From a virus (taxonomy: Duplodnaviria; Caudoviricetes): DNA of 64,000 nucleotides. Below are positions 9,905 through 20,253 of this stretch, piece by piece. Within the stretch, counting starts at the first letter, position 1. Each line of letters opens with the position of its first letter. Made by a program: the position numbers and the translations under genes. A model generated the notes under the pieces. The model worked only from the letters and a program-made list of their open reading frames with translations. It searched no databases and was not told the origin of the DNA. The stretch covers positions 2,317-66,316 of the IMG/VR virus record IMGVR_UViG_2700989045_000001, one strand, 5' to 3'.

Positions 9905-11287
9905 ATGGCTACAACACGCGACCCTGAATTTAGCAGAGGGGTAGTATCACAAGCAGCAGTCAAGCCTACTAATCCATCACAAGCTGCTGCCCCTACTATA
10001 ACTCCTCCTTCTATTAATCCTGAAGGTGGTATGCAGGGCCCTGTAGGTGACCTAACAGCACCTACTGTGGCTCCTGTGAAGCCCGTAGAGGCATCTCAAG
10101 CTACCGCAGGTACAATCACACCAACTACAGCTACAGGCACCACAGCGGCTTCCCCAGAGGCTGTACAGGCTAGTAAGTATGACCCTACTCAGGTAGACCC
10201 TAAAGAAGCCCAGATGCAAGCTGCTCAGACTAAGTATGAAGCTAAGGTTGAGGCCGCACAAGGTCAAACACCTGAAGCGGCATTGGTGTCTAAGCAAATG
10301 GAAGAACTGACTAAGGGATTAGAGTCAGGTAATATTCCTCTATGGGCCCAAGGTGCTGTTAGTGCCGTGGATGCACAACTGGCTGCCCGTGGGATGTCCC
10401 GGAGTTCCGTAGGTAGTGCTGAGTTAACTAATGCAATCATGCAGTCTGCATTACCAATTGCTCAACAGAATGCCCAAACGGTTCAACAGACTTCCTTACA
10501 GAACCTACAGAACCAACAGACTGCTAATAGCTTACAAGCTCAGTTACAAACTAACGTAGAGTTAGCTAACCTAAGTAATGAGCAACAAGCACGATTAGCT
10601 AATCAAGCTTCTAAACAAGCTATTCTATTGTCTAATCAATCTGCTGATAATGCAGGTAAGCAATTCAATGCTCAATCACAGAATCAGATTGATACCTTCA
10701 TGGCTAACCTGAAGTCCCAGACGGAACAGTTTAATACAGCTCAGACTAACTCTCTGACTCAATTCAATACTGCACAGGTTAATGCTGCGGCTGCTGCTAA
10801 CGTACAACTACAAGCTCAAACTACACAGTTCAACTCTGCTCAAGCTAATGCTATGGCTCAGTTCAATGAACAACTAGGTACAGAGCTTAAGAAATTTAGT
10901 GCTCAACAATCTATGCAAGCTGATATGTTCAACAAGCAGAATCAGATGGTTATTAGTCAATCTAATATTCAATGGCGTAGACAGGTCACCACGGCTAACA
11001 CTCAAATGCAGCATGAGTCTAACATGCAGAATGCTCAGAACCGCCTTCAGTTAACCCGTGATGAACTGGCTAATTACTGGCAGGTAGGTCGTGATACCGC
11101 AAACTGGGCATGGCAATCTCAAGAGAATGCTTTGAGTCGTCAAACACAATTACTTCTAAATAGTCAGAACAACCAAGCAGCCAAAGATGCCGCAGGTGTA
11201 CAAGCTAATGCCGCTAAGGAAGCAGGATATGCACAAGCTATCGCTGCAATTACTGGCGCTGCTGTGTCTGGCTTATTAAATGATTAA
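9905..11287 (+). CDS. Gln/Asn-rich internal virion (DNA pilot-like) protein
   Basis: 11-residue QFN-type repeats, helical, within the ejection cluster. Confidence 0.65.
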   Translation: MATTRDPEFSRGVVSQAAVKPTNPSQAAAPTITPPSINPEGGMQGPVGDLTAPTVAPVKPVEASQATAGTITPTTATGTTAASPEAVQASKYDPTQVDPKEAQMQAAQTKYEAKVEAAQGQTPEAALVSKQMEELTKGLESGNIPLWAQGAVSAVDAQLAARGMSRSSVGSAELTNAIMQSALPIAQQNAQTVQQTSLQNLQNQQTANSLQAQLQTNVELANLSNEQQARLANQASKQAILLSNQSADNAGKQFNAQSQNQIDTFMANLKSQTEQFNTAQTNSLTQFNTAQVNAAAAANVQLQAQTTQFNSAQANAMAQFNEQLGTELKKFSAQQSMQADMFNKQNQMVISQSNIQWRRQVTTANTQMQHESNMQNAQNRLQLTRDELANYWQVGRDTANWAWQSQENALSRQTQLLLNSQNNQAAKDAAGVQANAAKEAGYAQAIAAITGAAVSGLLND

Positions 11288-11298
11288 TAAGGTAACCT

Positions 11299-11709
11299 AT
11301 GGAATTCCTTCGTAAACTCGCCCGTCAATCAGCAGAGGGCTTTAAAGATATCGCTGAAGAAGTATGGGATGAAATTGGGGATACCAAAGGTATTCCTCAG
11401 GGCCTCAAGGATGCAGGTCGAAGTGCTGGTAAATACGCTTTAGCAGCTCAACTATTAATGATGATTAATTTCCCTGATGAAGCCGAGACATTCCGACATA
11501 GTTTCAACATTAACGGTGATGGCCCTACGGGAGCCACAGAGTTCGAGGGGACACCTTATGGTCGATTGTTAGATGGTGTAGCTGAAGCTGTACAGGATAT
11601 GAATGCAAGTGCCATTGGAGTCCAAGGGTTTGCTGATGTGACTCAAACTAGTAGCTATGAGGACCTTGGTAAAATGTTACCTATGCTACGTGATATGGGA
11701 GAGAAATAA
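11299..11709 (+). CDS. hypothetical virion protein
   Basis: ORF with RBS in the late operon. Confidence 0.55.
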   Translation: MEFLRKLARQSAEGFKDIAEEVWDEIGDTKGIPQGLKDAGRSAGKYALAAQLLMMINFPDEAETFRHSFNINGDGPTGATEFEGTPYGRLLDGVAEAVQDMNASAIGVQGFADVTQTSSYEDLGKMLPMLRDMGEK

Positions 11710-12230
11710 TGAACCCTGAATCTATCTTTAATGGCCCTATCCCGGGTCAATCGTTAACCCAAGACCCTGCCACTCGGGGCCCTTGGGAAATGCCACCTAA
11801 GTTCACTACGGCTAATAAAGCTCTTGACCATTTGTTCAAGGTAGTGACCTCTAAGAAGTTCATCCAAGCCTACGATAAGTTGCTAGGTGAGGATAAGCGA
11901 TTCTACACTGATGAACTAGCCGCTAACATGCTTAGTGAAGGTTTCATCAATGGATTATGGACAGTGGATGTTATGGTGTTGTTAGTGGAACCTTTGATTG
12001 CTATGATGGTATGGGCTGCTGCTCAGCTAGGTCGTAGCCCTTCATTCTCTACTGATACTGGTTATGAAGACCGCACAGGTTTTGAAGAAATCATGGGAGC
12101 CCTAGAAGCCAATGAAATCCCAGAAGCTCCGCAGGAAGACCAAGAGATTCCTCAGGACGTCCCACAGGAAGCTCCGCAATCTCCATTAACTTCTAATATT
12201 CCTCAATCCCCATTGACAGGAGGTATGTAA
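11709..12230 (+). CDS. conserved podoviral virion protein
   Basis: F.GPIPGQSLT..P...PWE.PP motif. Confidence 0.55.
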   Translation: MNPESIFNGPIPGQSLTQDPATRGPWEMPPKFTTANKALDHLFKVVTSKKFIQAYDKLLGEDKRFYTDELAANMLSEGFINGLWTVDVMVLLVEPLIAMMVWAAAQLGRSPSFSTDTGYEDRTGFEEIMGALEANEIPEAPQEDQEIPQDVPQEAPQSPLTSNIPQSPLTGGM

Positions 12231-13744
12231 TGTCATTTGGTGAAGCATTAGCTACCGGACTTGCCCAAGGATTGGGTGAAGGAGTCCAAGATTACTACAA
12301 GGACCAACGTAGAGAAAAGATGGAAGTGCGTCAGCTCGACCGTTCATTTGATATGTTCAAGAAACAATCACAATACAGCTTTGCCTTGGAAGGTATTGGG
12401 AAACAAAATGAAGCCTTGGGAGCATGGGAAGATGCCGCTAAGCTAGACACGAAAACCCTAGCGTTCCAAGCAGCTACTAAAATGTCTGCTCAGTTCTCCA
12501 AGGAAGACCGCCCTAAGTTCCTCCGGGATTCCATGAAGAATCTCAACGGGATGTCCAAGGCTGAGCTATTGAGTCGTGCAGGTTATAATAAACCTGACTA
12601 CTCACAATGGATTGATAACCCTGAATACCAAGATGCTATTCCTATGTCACGTGTGGCAGGTATGGGTGAACTCCCTGATGCTTCCTCTGTGTTTAAATAT
12701 GACCCTCGTCAATTTGAAGAACAACATAAAGTAGAGGGTGAGAAAGTCACAGACTACATGCGTAAGAAAGATGATGAGTTTTCAGCAATTAGCTCTATGT
12801 CTGTTATTAACTTTGGTGCTAAGACTAGTACAGAGCTCAATAACTTGATTTGGAAAAACCGACCTAGCGGTGTTGGTGTGGTAATGAAAGGTGCTGATGC
12901 TATTAGCTATGATAAGAACCTATTAGATACCTTGATTAACACAGGTCAAGTAGTACAAGTAGGTCCTGAGTTGAAACTGGTAGGTGAGCTATCAGATGTT
13001 GAACGTGCCACCTTTGCACCACAGGCTCCTGCGGCTCCTCAAAGTACCTCAGGTTCCCCGGGTGCCCTTTATACTGAACCTAAAACTGAAGAGTATTTAA
13101 CTAATCAGGAAGAGAAGGAAGCTCTTAAAGTTCAACGTACAGAATCTAAGGCTGTTGAGAAGAATCAAGGTAAGACAATTAAATCTTATACTTCTCTTGA
13201 TGACTTACAGTCTCAACTTGAATCACTAAGCCCTGAAGCTCAGAAAATCCTATTTGGTGATACTTCCCTAAAAGGTATGTTGGCCATGACTGATGTAGGT
13301 AAACAACTTGCTGCTAAGGCTGATGTAGCGGGAGCCCAAGAGGCCCGTAAGTTCCTAGCATTAATGGAAAACATCAGTGCTACGTTGAAGCATGAGCAAT
13401 ATGGTTCAGCCCAAACAGCTACAGAGTTGAAGAACTTTGCAGACCAATTAGGTAACCCTAGCATCCTTCAGAACCCTAAGACCCTATTGGACCAAATTAG
13501 AACCCGTAAGCAACTCGTAGGTTCTTCCTTGAGTGCCGCAGTGGGAACCACAGGACGTGAGGCTTATCTGAAAGAACACCCTGACATGGCTGCTATGTTA
13601 AATGAAGTCTGGAGCTCAGGCGATTCAAATCAGACAGTGTCGGATTCTGCCGCTCCACTTCCAACCAAAGCTGATTTAATGGCATCAGGTAAATATACTG
13701 AAGCACAAGTTGATGCTTACTTAGCAGCAATGAGTAAACAATAA
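12230..13744 (+). CDS. internal virion protein
   Basis: MSFG..LATGLAQG N-terminus, helical, position. Confidence 0.6.
   Translation: MSFGEALATGLAQGLGEGVQDYYKDQRREKMEVRQLDRSFDMFKKQSQYSFALEGIGKQNEALGAWEDAAKLDTKTLAFQAATKMSAQFSKEDRPKFLRDSMKNLNGMSKAELLSRAGYNKPDYSQWIDNPEYQDAIPMSRVAGMGELPDASSVFKYDPRQFEEQHKVEGEKVTDYMRKKDDEFSAISSMSVINFGAKTSTELNNLIWKNRPSGVGVVMKGADAISYDKNLLDTLINTGQVVQVGPELKLVGELSDVERATFAPQAPAAPQSTSGSPGALYTEPKTEEYLTNQEEKEALKVQRTESKAVEKNQGKTIKSYTSLDDLQSQLESLSPEAQKILFGDTSLKGMLAMTDVGKQLAAKADVAGAQEARKFLALMENISATLKHEQYGSAQTATELKNFADQLGNPSILQNPKTLLDQIRTRKQLVGSSLSAAVGTTGREAYLKEHPDMAAMLNEVWSSGDSNQTVSDSAAPLPTKADLMASGKYTEAQVDAYLAAMSKQ
13627..13647. repeat. 21-bp dispersed palindrome copy 3 (inside CDS)
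   Basis: AAATCAGACAGTGTCGGATTC, translated as SNQTVSDS. Confidence 0.9.
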
Positions 13745-13756
13745 GGATTTATACAT

Positions 13757-16210
13757 ATGGCTATTCAGTCAATTGATGAATGGTTAGCTAACCAAGGAGG
13801 CCCTTCTGGGGCTTCCAAACAGCTCAGCACTAATCCCCTAGATACAGGGGCAGGGAAGCGACCATATATGGATATTGATAAATGGTTAGCTTCTAATGAT
13901 AAAGAACCTCAGATTTCCCAAGAGACCCTAGCGGCAACCTCCAAGGCACCCTCTGGGGAGCCGTCAGGGGAACCTAAAGGGACCGCAGGGAAGGAAGCTT
14001 CAGTGGCCCCTTCAGCATCTATTATGGCTGCTGGTGATGCTATTGAATCCTTAGTCCCTGATGTACAACGTAAACAGGAGATAGCACAACAGGCACGTGA
14101 AACTTTAGCTTCACAAGGAGTGAACTTAAGCCCTTACGTTACTGGGGGTTACCCAACACAGGAAATGGGAGCCGCCGCTGCCCGTCCAGACTACGCTGAG
14201 ACAACCAAGGAAGGTCAAGAGGCTGCCCAACAGTTCATCAAGGAAGAAGCTCTACCTGTTGTAGGAGCTACCGTCGGGGCTCTATTAGCTCCTGTTAGTG
14301 GGGGTTCATCTATTCTACTATCTTCTGCTCTTGTGGCGGGTAGTGCAGGTCTTGGAGGATTCACAGGGGAACTTATTGAACAGACAGGCCAATACACAGG
14401 AGTGTTAGACCCTCGTAAGAGTCAGGAAGCCCCTAAGGATGGTTGGGATATCTTGGAACGTGCTGCATGGCGTGGTGGGGAAGAGGCTGCTTGGTCATTA
14501 GTCCCTGACTTGTTTGTTAAAGGGGCCACACAGGGATTACGGAAACTCCTTACTCATAGTGCCAAACCTGCTGTTACAGTGGCAGGTGAAACAGTTGACA
14601 TGGGACGTCAGAGTATGGTCAACATTATGAAGGATTATGCTGAGAAGCATGGGGTTGACCAAGAGAAGATATTATTAACTTCAGATGTTGTTGAATCAGG
14701 ATTATTCAATGCGGCTGAGAATATTGCCTCTAACTCATACATTACAGGGAAAGTAGGGAAAGTACGGGCTGTTCAGGAAGAAGCCCTCAAGGAAGAAATT
14801 GTGGGAGTAGTGGAAGGCTACACTACACCTGCCTTGAACTACCTAAAGAACACGGATGATACCGCCATAGCAAACTTCGTGGGTTCCAATATGGATTCAA
14901 TGAATGACTTTGGTGTGGCTGGATTAGTTAATGTAGGTTTCAAGAAAGCACAGGATGCTCAGAAAGCTGTAGCAAGGAGCATTTATAAGTCTGTCGGGGA
15001 GCTCATGGAAGCCACGAAGATGCAGACTGTCTACAAGGAAGTAGAGCTACCTATCCTAGGCCCTGATGGACGCCCACTCACAACCATGCAGACTGTCACG
15101 GAAGAAACACCTGCATTTCCAGTGAGCCTAAGGGGAGTCCGAGAGTTAGCTGAGGAACGTATGGATATCTTGGCTCGCACTGGGGACCGCTTAGATAGTA
15201 ACACAGCGTCATTCCTTAACATGCCTATGTCTACTGATTACTCTGCTGCTGCTGAACGTTTAGTTGATATGAAAGCTGATAGCCGTTCTCTTGCTCGTTC
15301 TACTGCTGAAGGTTCTGCTAAACAGAAGATGTTGTTAGACCAAGCTATTGCTAAGTTAGAAGCGTCAATGGATGATGCTATGAACCAAGCGACTGCCTCT
15401 GGAATCACAGGGCCTGATGGTGTCCCTATTGCAGAACTGAAAGCCCAAGCTGATGCTATATGGAAAGAGCAAGTTGAAGACTTCCAGAACTCCTATGTGA
15501 TGAACATCATTAAGAAAACTCACCCTAAGAATGGTGCTCCTGAGAAATTAGGTCAACTATTCATTCAGAATGAGACAGCCGCTAAGAACATCATGAAGGT
15601 ACTCGATGATGCCAAAGGGAACCTGAAGGGTGCTGAACTGGAACAAGTAATACAAGCTGAGAATGCCATCAAGGGTTCAATTGTGGAGCAAGTCTTCATG
15701 CCTTTTGATAGTACCTCAGGTAAATACATTGCTCCTGATGTAACCGCTTTGACCACCAAGGAAGAACCTCTAAGACGTATCTTCGGGGATGAAGGTTATG
15801 ATGAGTTGCGGAAACTTGGGGCTGCCATTGAGAGACAATCGGGAGGTGCAACTAGCAACTACTTAGGCTTCGCTCAACGGGCACGTGAATCAGGGATGAT
15901 TATGACTACTATGAAAGGTATGGCTCGTGCAGACTTTGGTCCATTAATCCGTGATGGTGGTGCTACTGTGTTGTTTGCCCTAGGTGCAGGTAAGGTACTA
16001 ACAAGTCCTAAAATGCTCCGTCAGGTGAACATGATATTAGACCCTAAAGTAGACCCGGCTATCAAAACCAACATTGCCCAATGGCTCGTTCATCGAACAT
16101 ACGAGTACCAACAGGCAGTGGAAGCGTCTATGACACCAGACGAAAGAGAACGTGCTGAAGCTAAATTGGAAGACTCCAAGGAAGCCAGTATGATGCGTAA
16201 AGGGATGTAA
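13757..16210 (+). CDS. large internal virion (ejection) protein
   Basis: 817 aa, helical, Gly-rich hydrophobic hairpin. Confidence 0.6.
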   Translation: MAIQSIDEWLANQGGPSGASKQLSTNPLDTGAGKRPYMDIDKWLASNDKEPQISQETLAATSKAPSGEPSGEPKGTAGKEASVAPSASIMAAGDAIESLVPDVQRKQEIAQQARETLASQGVNLSPYVTGGYPTQEMGAAAARPDYAETTKEGQEAAQQFIKEEALPVVGATVGALLAPVSGGSSILLSSALVAGSAGLGGFTGELIEQTGQYTGVLDPRKSQEAPKDGWDILERAAWRGGEEAAWSLVPDLFVKGATQGLRKLLTHSAKPAVTVAGETVDMGRQSMVNIMKDYAEKHGVDQEKILLTSDVVESGLFNAAENIASNSYITGKVGKVRAVQEEALKEEIVGVVEGYTTPALNYLKNTDDTAIANFVGSNMDSMNDFGVAGLVNVGFKKAQDAQKAVARSIYKSVGELMEATKMQTVYKEVELPILGPDGRPLTTMQTVTEETPAFPVSLRGVRELAEERMDILARTGDRLDSNTASFLNMPMSTDYSAAAERLVDMKADSRSLARSTAEGSAKQKMLLDQAIAKLEASMDDAMNQATASGITGPDGVPIAELKAQADAIWKEQVEDFQNSYVMNIIKKTHPKNGAPEKLGQLFIQNETAAKNIMKVLDDAKGNLKGAELEQVIQAENAIKGSIVEQVFMPFDSTSGKYIAPDVTALTTKEEPLRRIFGDEGYDELRKLGAAIERQSGGATSNYLGFAQRARESGMIMTTMKGMARADFGPLIRDGGATVLFALGAGKVLTSPKMLRQVNMILDPKVDPAIKTNIAQWLVHRTYEYQQAVEASMTPDERERAEAKLEDSKEASMMRKGM

Positions 16211-16226
16211 TTGAATTCACAGGGAC

Positions 16227-16535
16227 GTGACTAATTTTAATAAAACTGAAGAGGTATTCAAAGTGGACCCATTGACTATAATTGAAATCATCGTGGGAGC
16301 TTTGAGCATAGCAGGAATTGTAGGTGGTATTCTAATGAAAGCTTTTGTCTCACCCATCAGGGAAGAGGTGAATGACTTGAAGGACGCTGACCAAGATAAA
16401 GAAACTCGGCTCCGTATAGTCGAAACCAAAACTACTGAACATGATATTCACATCAGCACTCTCGTTGCTACATCGGAACGCTTACTTGTTAAGATGGATG
16501 AGCTGATGGGACGTCTTGTTACATTAGTTAAATAA
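16227..16535 (+). CDS. holin-like membrane protein
   Basis: One TM segment plus coiled coil; last gene of the late operon; start uncertain (GTG 16227 or 16263). Confidence 0.5.
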   Translation: MTNFNKTEEVFKVDPLTIIEIIVGALSIAGIVGGILMKAFVSPIREEVNDLKDADQDKETRLRIVETKTTEHDIHISTLVATSERLLVKMDELMGRLVTLVK

Positions 16536-16536
16536 T

Positions 16537-16577
16537 AAAAGCCCTACTAGGATGATTCCTAATAGGGCTTCTTTTCT
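16537..16577. terminator. bidirectional terminator between convergent late and middle operons
   Basis: AAAAGCCCTACTAGGA...TCCTAATAGGGCTTCTTTT hairpin with A and T tails. Confidence 0.75.
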
Positions 16578-16578
16578 A

Positions 16579-16803
16579 TTACTCTGTACGGGCTACATAA
16601 TAGACACGATGATGCTCTACGTCCTTCGTGGCTACCAAGTGGTAACTACTCTGAAGCCTGATGACTGAGTCAGGTGCATTTAGTTCCTCATTGCTTGCCA
16701 ACGGGTAACCTATGGATACCAAGTGTTGACGGAGACGTTCTAAATGGCCTTTCTCACATCGTAATAGTTTTAATGGTACTGTGTATTTTACGGGTACACA
16801 CAT
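16579..16803 (-). CDS. hypothetical protein
   Basis: Tightly packed ORF in the minus-strand operon. Confidence 0.55.
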   Translation of the reverse strand: MCVPVKYTVPLKLLRCEKGHLERLRQHLVSIGYPLASNEELNAPDSVIRLQSSYHLVATKDVEHHRVYYVARTE

Positions 16804-16804
16804 G

Positions 16805-17203
16805 TTACTTTACCTTATATGATTTACGGATTCTAGACATTAAGTAGAGTATAGGTTGATTACGTTCTACTGAGTCGAAACTCATAGGTATGTTAGAAAT
16901 GAGGGCTTGATATTCACACCCTGCATGTCCATGAGCTTCGTCTAGGTCTTCGTAATTGACATAGTGCATGAAGTGGATAGTGCTGTTACCAAGACTCCCC
17001 ACATACATGAATCTACGCATGTTGTTATGCATTACATAGAACCCTTTCTTTGACAGGAAGATACCTAGGTCTGCAATAAACTCTGTGAGCCTCTTAAGAG
17101 TACCATTGTAAGCCACTAGGATATCAGGTACACCTCTATCTATTGCATCTTTAACTTGCCACCATACCATTTCATCTGGTAGTGTTTGCATATTACGCTC
17201 CAA
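16805..17203 (-). CDS. hypothetical protein
   Basis: Tightly packed ORF. Confidence 0.6.
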   Translation of the reverse strand: MERNMQTLPDEMVWWQVKDAIDRGVPDILVAYNGTLKRLTEFIADLGIFLSKKGFYVMHNNMRRFMYVGSLGNSTIHFMHYVNYEDLDEAHGHAGCEYQALISNIPMSFDSVERNQPILYLMSRIRKSYKVK

Positions 17204-17627
17204 ATCTTAATGCCTGTGCTGCTCGTTCTAGGGCTGCGGCCTTCTCTTCCGCACTAGAGTAATTGATTAAGTGCCCCATCAATTGACTAATATCATTAGT
17301 ATCAAAGGCATCTGTGCGGAACAATGAGCCACCATCTTGAGCCGGGTAAGCCTCGATGTGTACCATAAGTCCCGTAGGATGTGTACGGTTCCAATTGTCA
17401 ATCACTCGTAATGCTTGTTCTAAACTTCCCAAATCAGACACTGTCGGATTTGTAGGGTTCCCAATGGAATCCATGCGGAAGCTAGATTGAAGGTAGGTTC
17501 CCTCATGGCCCTCTAGGGTAAACTCTTTGTCATTGAGAACTTCATTTACAATGGCACGTGTTCCTTTACGGAACGTCCCTTCTATCGGTGCAGTTAGGCG
17601 CACCACTATATCACCTTTACGGTACAT
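17193..17627 (-). CDS. hypothetical protein (SH3-like N-terminus)
   Basis: RBS GGAG; contains a palindrome copy in frame. Confidence 0.6.
   Translation of the reverse strand: MYRKGDIVVRLTAPIEGTFRKGTRAIVNEVLNDKEFTLEGHEGTYLQSSFRMDSIGNPTNPTVSDLGSLEQALRVIDNWNRTHPTGLMVHIEAYPAQDGGSLFRTDAFDTNDISQLMGHLINYSSAEEKAAALERAAQALRFGA
17431..17451. repeat. 21-bp dispersed palindrome copy 4 (inside CDS)
   Basis: AAATCAGACACTGTCGGATTT, read as NPTVSDL on the minus strand. Confidence 0.95.
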
Positions 17628-17679
17628 CTTGTTTCTCCAAAGAATCCCTAGAGTCCACTCGGGAACCCTAGGGTGTTAA

Positions 17680-18960
17680 TTAAAAGTCATTGACTCTAGC
17701 AGCTTTACCAATCAACTCTTCCCAAGGTTGAGCGTATCGGTGTACTAGATTTAAGTCTGCCATGACATGTGTGCGGTACACCTCATCAACCATAGGTGCC
17801 AATGGGAAGTAACTGTGGATACGTTCCAAGTGGTCTCCATTACCATATGCACTACCGTTTTCTTGCACAAAGATAACACCTGATTTCATAGTGTCATTGA
17901 AGGCACTTGATTTAGAATCAATCAGGTCCCCTTCACTTGTTAGGTAGGTAACAATCATATTAATTGATGTGTCAAAGTATCTAACAGCATAACTTAATCC
18001 CATGATTGCATTTGGTCGAAGGAAGATGAACTGTACTTTCTGATTACGGTAATTACCTTCTAACACAAACTCAATACATTGGTCCGATTTACGAGTGACT
18101 TCATTGCTGTGTTTTTGTCTCTCTGCCTTGCTCCGTGGAGAAGGACGCTGAATACCCGGTGCCAGATGGGTGGACACATTGAATATCTTGGTAATCCCAA
18201 AGGCTTCCAGTACATTACTAAGATGTACCTCCGAGGCTCCATTAGGAACTCTGAGGAAGATATCAATATCATTAGCTGCTGAATTCAACGCCCAGTTACG
18301 AGGGGCACCTCCTGCAATGAATGCTTTATGGTCCATAATCATTGAGAGAGTAAGGAGTTCCTGTGCTACAGCCTTCTGTTTCTTAATAATACCATGCATA
18401 TCTCCTGAGAGAACACGTGGGATGAAGGGGGTTGGTAATGGCTTCTCAGGTAGCTCGATGCTACATGGTGGTTGTGCTGGTTTCATAGGTTCTCCGGGGT
18501 TACATGCTTGGACCTGTACAGGAGGTACAGGTGGTTTTGGTGGCATAGGTGGTAATAGGGGTTCGAGTCCTTGTGAGAATGTTGGGTAACTACAAGGAAT
18601 ACGTTTCACCCCTAATGAGGGTATAGCTCTGGCTCTATCAGGAGCCACTGGAACTAAGTTACCCGTATAACTTTTAACCATGTAAGAGCCGCTAATGTTG
18701 ATACTCTCCACTTCGCAGCGGGTACCTACATCAATATAACCAACATCTTCTTCCAGTACGATATATTTGTAAGCAAGAACCTCACGTCCTGCACCACATG
18801 AGAAGTCAATGTAATCCTCTCTTAGTATCTGCGTTATTCCCTTATCATTAAGTACTGACCAACGGTCTGGTGTTTCCTGAGTGAACACATAAGTCTTTCC
18901 CATAGTCACATGGTAACAAGGATGACCTTCTTTCAATATACCTTTTCTAGTAATTGTCAT
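17680..18960 (-). CDS. tRNA nucleotidyltransferase / poly(A) polymerase head-domain protein with N-terminal extra domains
   Basis: AFIAGGAPRNWALNSAANDIDIF is the class II NTase GG..R....D.D signature; FD.SIN motif; proline-rich linker. Confidence 0.7.
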   Translation of the reverse strand: MTITRKGILKEGHPCYHVTMGKTYVFTQETPDRWSVLNDKGITQILREDYIDFSCGAGREVLAYKYIVLEEDVGYIDVGTRCEVESINISGSYMVKSYTGNLVPVAPDRARAIPSLGVKRIPCSYPTFSQGLEPLLPPMPPKPPVPPVQVQACNPGEPMKPAQPPCSIELPEKPLPTPFIPRVLSGDMHGIIKKQKAVAQELLTLSMIMDHKAFIAGGAPRNWALNSAANDIDIFLRVPNGASEVHLSNVLEAFGITKIFNVSTHLAPGIQRPSPRSKAERQKHSNEVTRKSDQCIEFVLEGNYRNQKVQFIFLRPNAIMGLSYAVRYFDTSINMIVTYLTSEGDLIDSKSSAFNDTMKSGVIFVQENGSAYGNGDHLERIHSYFPLAPMVDEVYRTHVMADLNLVHRYAQPWEELIGKAARVNDF

Positions 18961-20030
18961 TCTTCAATCTCCAATTCATGAATAAAGTGACGGGCTTTAC
19001 CTTTCGAGAATACCTTAACGTCCCCCAAAACCTTTACAGGGAAGTCACTAGACTTATCATGTCGAGTCTCTTTGTACCGAGGCTCCCTTAGGTTCCCTGT
19101 TTCAGTGAATGACTTAGCATCCATCTTGACAGTTTGGCCTACGATGGAAGCCGGATTGTTCCACCATTCATCACGTTGTTTATCCGTCATGCCACTGATA
19201 GGAATCCATAGTAGTTCACCTTGGGAATCCCCAAAGGCTCTAAAGGCTACTACTAGCTTCCCGAGGGTGTTCTCGTACTTCGACCCTTCCTTACCACTAA
19301 CCATACCAACAACAGTAACATCATAAGACAACTTCTCTTTTAACTTGATTGCTGTTTCATTACGTGTACCCGCTGTCCATAAGGCGTGAATATCACGACC
19401 TACCAAACCTTCACCACCACGTGCCCAGACATCCTGTGCAACCTTTTTGGCTTCATCAAAGGTAATATAAATACCTGAGATTAGGTTTAGTCCTGAATCG
19501 TTCAGTGATTGCTGTAGGCTGGTCTTACGATAATGATAGGTCATATCCGACTCCCCTTTGATGAACTCACGGAACGTTAGGATGTCATGGAAGTTGTCCT
19601 GTAGGTTAGTTGGAGTAAACTCCCCTTCTTCAGTACGATTAGGATTAACATAGCCGCTTAACTTAGCCAATGCATCATCACTTGTGACTTCACTAATCAG
19701 GATGATAGGTTCTTTTGGTCTATGAAGGTTGAAATTAATGCGTCTATCAAGCTCCTCTAGGTTACTCTGGGCTTTCCCAGAACGTCCCCAGTGCTTCACT
19801 TCTAGATAAGGTTCACCATAAGGGTCTTTAAATGGAATCACAGTCACTAGACTATAAACCCCATCAAGCTTCTCTGACCAATCCATACGAGTAGCCATAC
19901 GCTTTGCTTGTGCGCTGTTAATCTTATCTGATTCAAGGACTAGGTGAACCACTTTCTTCTCTGGACGAGGTACTACTGAGTACCCTAGGGATTCCAGATA
20001 ATCCCAAATTGTTTCTACTTGCTTTGCCAT
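18957..20030 (-). CDS. ATP-dependent DNA ligase
   Basis: EKLDG motif I, GEGLV motif IV, KLK motif V, LREPRY OB-fold motif. Confidence 0.9.
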   Translation of the reverse strand: MAKQVETIWDYLESLGYSVVPRPEKKVVHLVLESDKINSAQAKRMATRMDWSEKLDGVYSLVTVIPFKDPYGEPYLEVKHWGRSGKAQSNLEELDRRINFNLHRPKEPIILISEVTSDDALAKLSGYVNPNRTEEGEFTPTNLQDNFHDILTFREFIKGESDMTYHYRKTSLQQSLNDSGLNLISGIYITFDEAKKVAQDVWARGGEGLVGRDIHALWTAGTRNETAIKLKEKLSYDVTVVGMVSGKEGSKYENTLGKLVVAFRAFGDSQGELLWIPISGMTDKQRDEWWNNPASIVGQTVKMDAKSFTETGNLREPRYKETRHDKSSDFPVKVLGDVKVFSKGKARHFIHELEIEE

Positions 20031-20038
20031 GTTCTTTC

Positions 20039-20242
20039 CTACCGATGTTGAGGGGCCAATGGAACATCAACCTCAATGAACTTCTCACCGAACTCATCTT
20101 GGCTACGAACGAAGTACTTGTTAGGTTCTTCTTGGGAATAATAGAGAACCGCAGGGACCCAGATACCATTCTCTTGTATCATGACTTCCTGATTACACTT
20201 ACAGTAAGCTTTGTGATTATGGTAATGTACATGTATTATCAT
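20039..20242 (-). CDS. DUF1653-like small protein
   Basis: AVLY...YFVRS..EF..KF pattern. Confidence 0.5.
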   Translation of the reverse strand: MIIHVHYHNHKAYCKCNQEVMIQENGIWVPAVLYYSQEEPNKYFVRSQDEFGEKFIEVDVPLAPQHR

Positions 20243-20253
20243 AAGGTACTACC

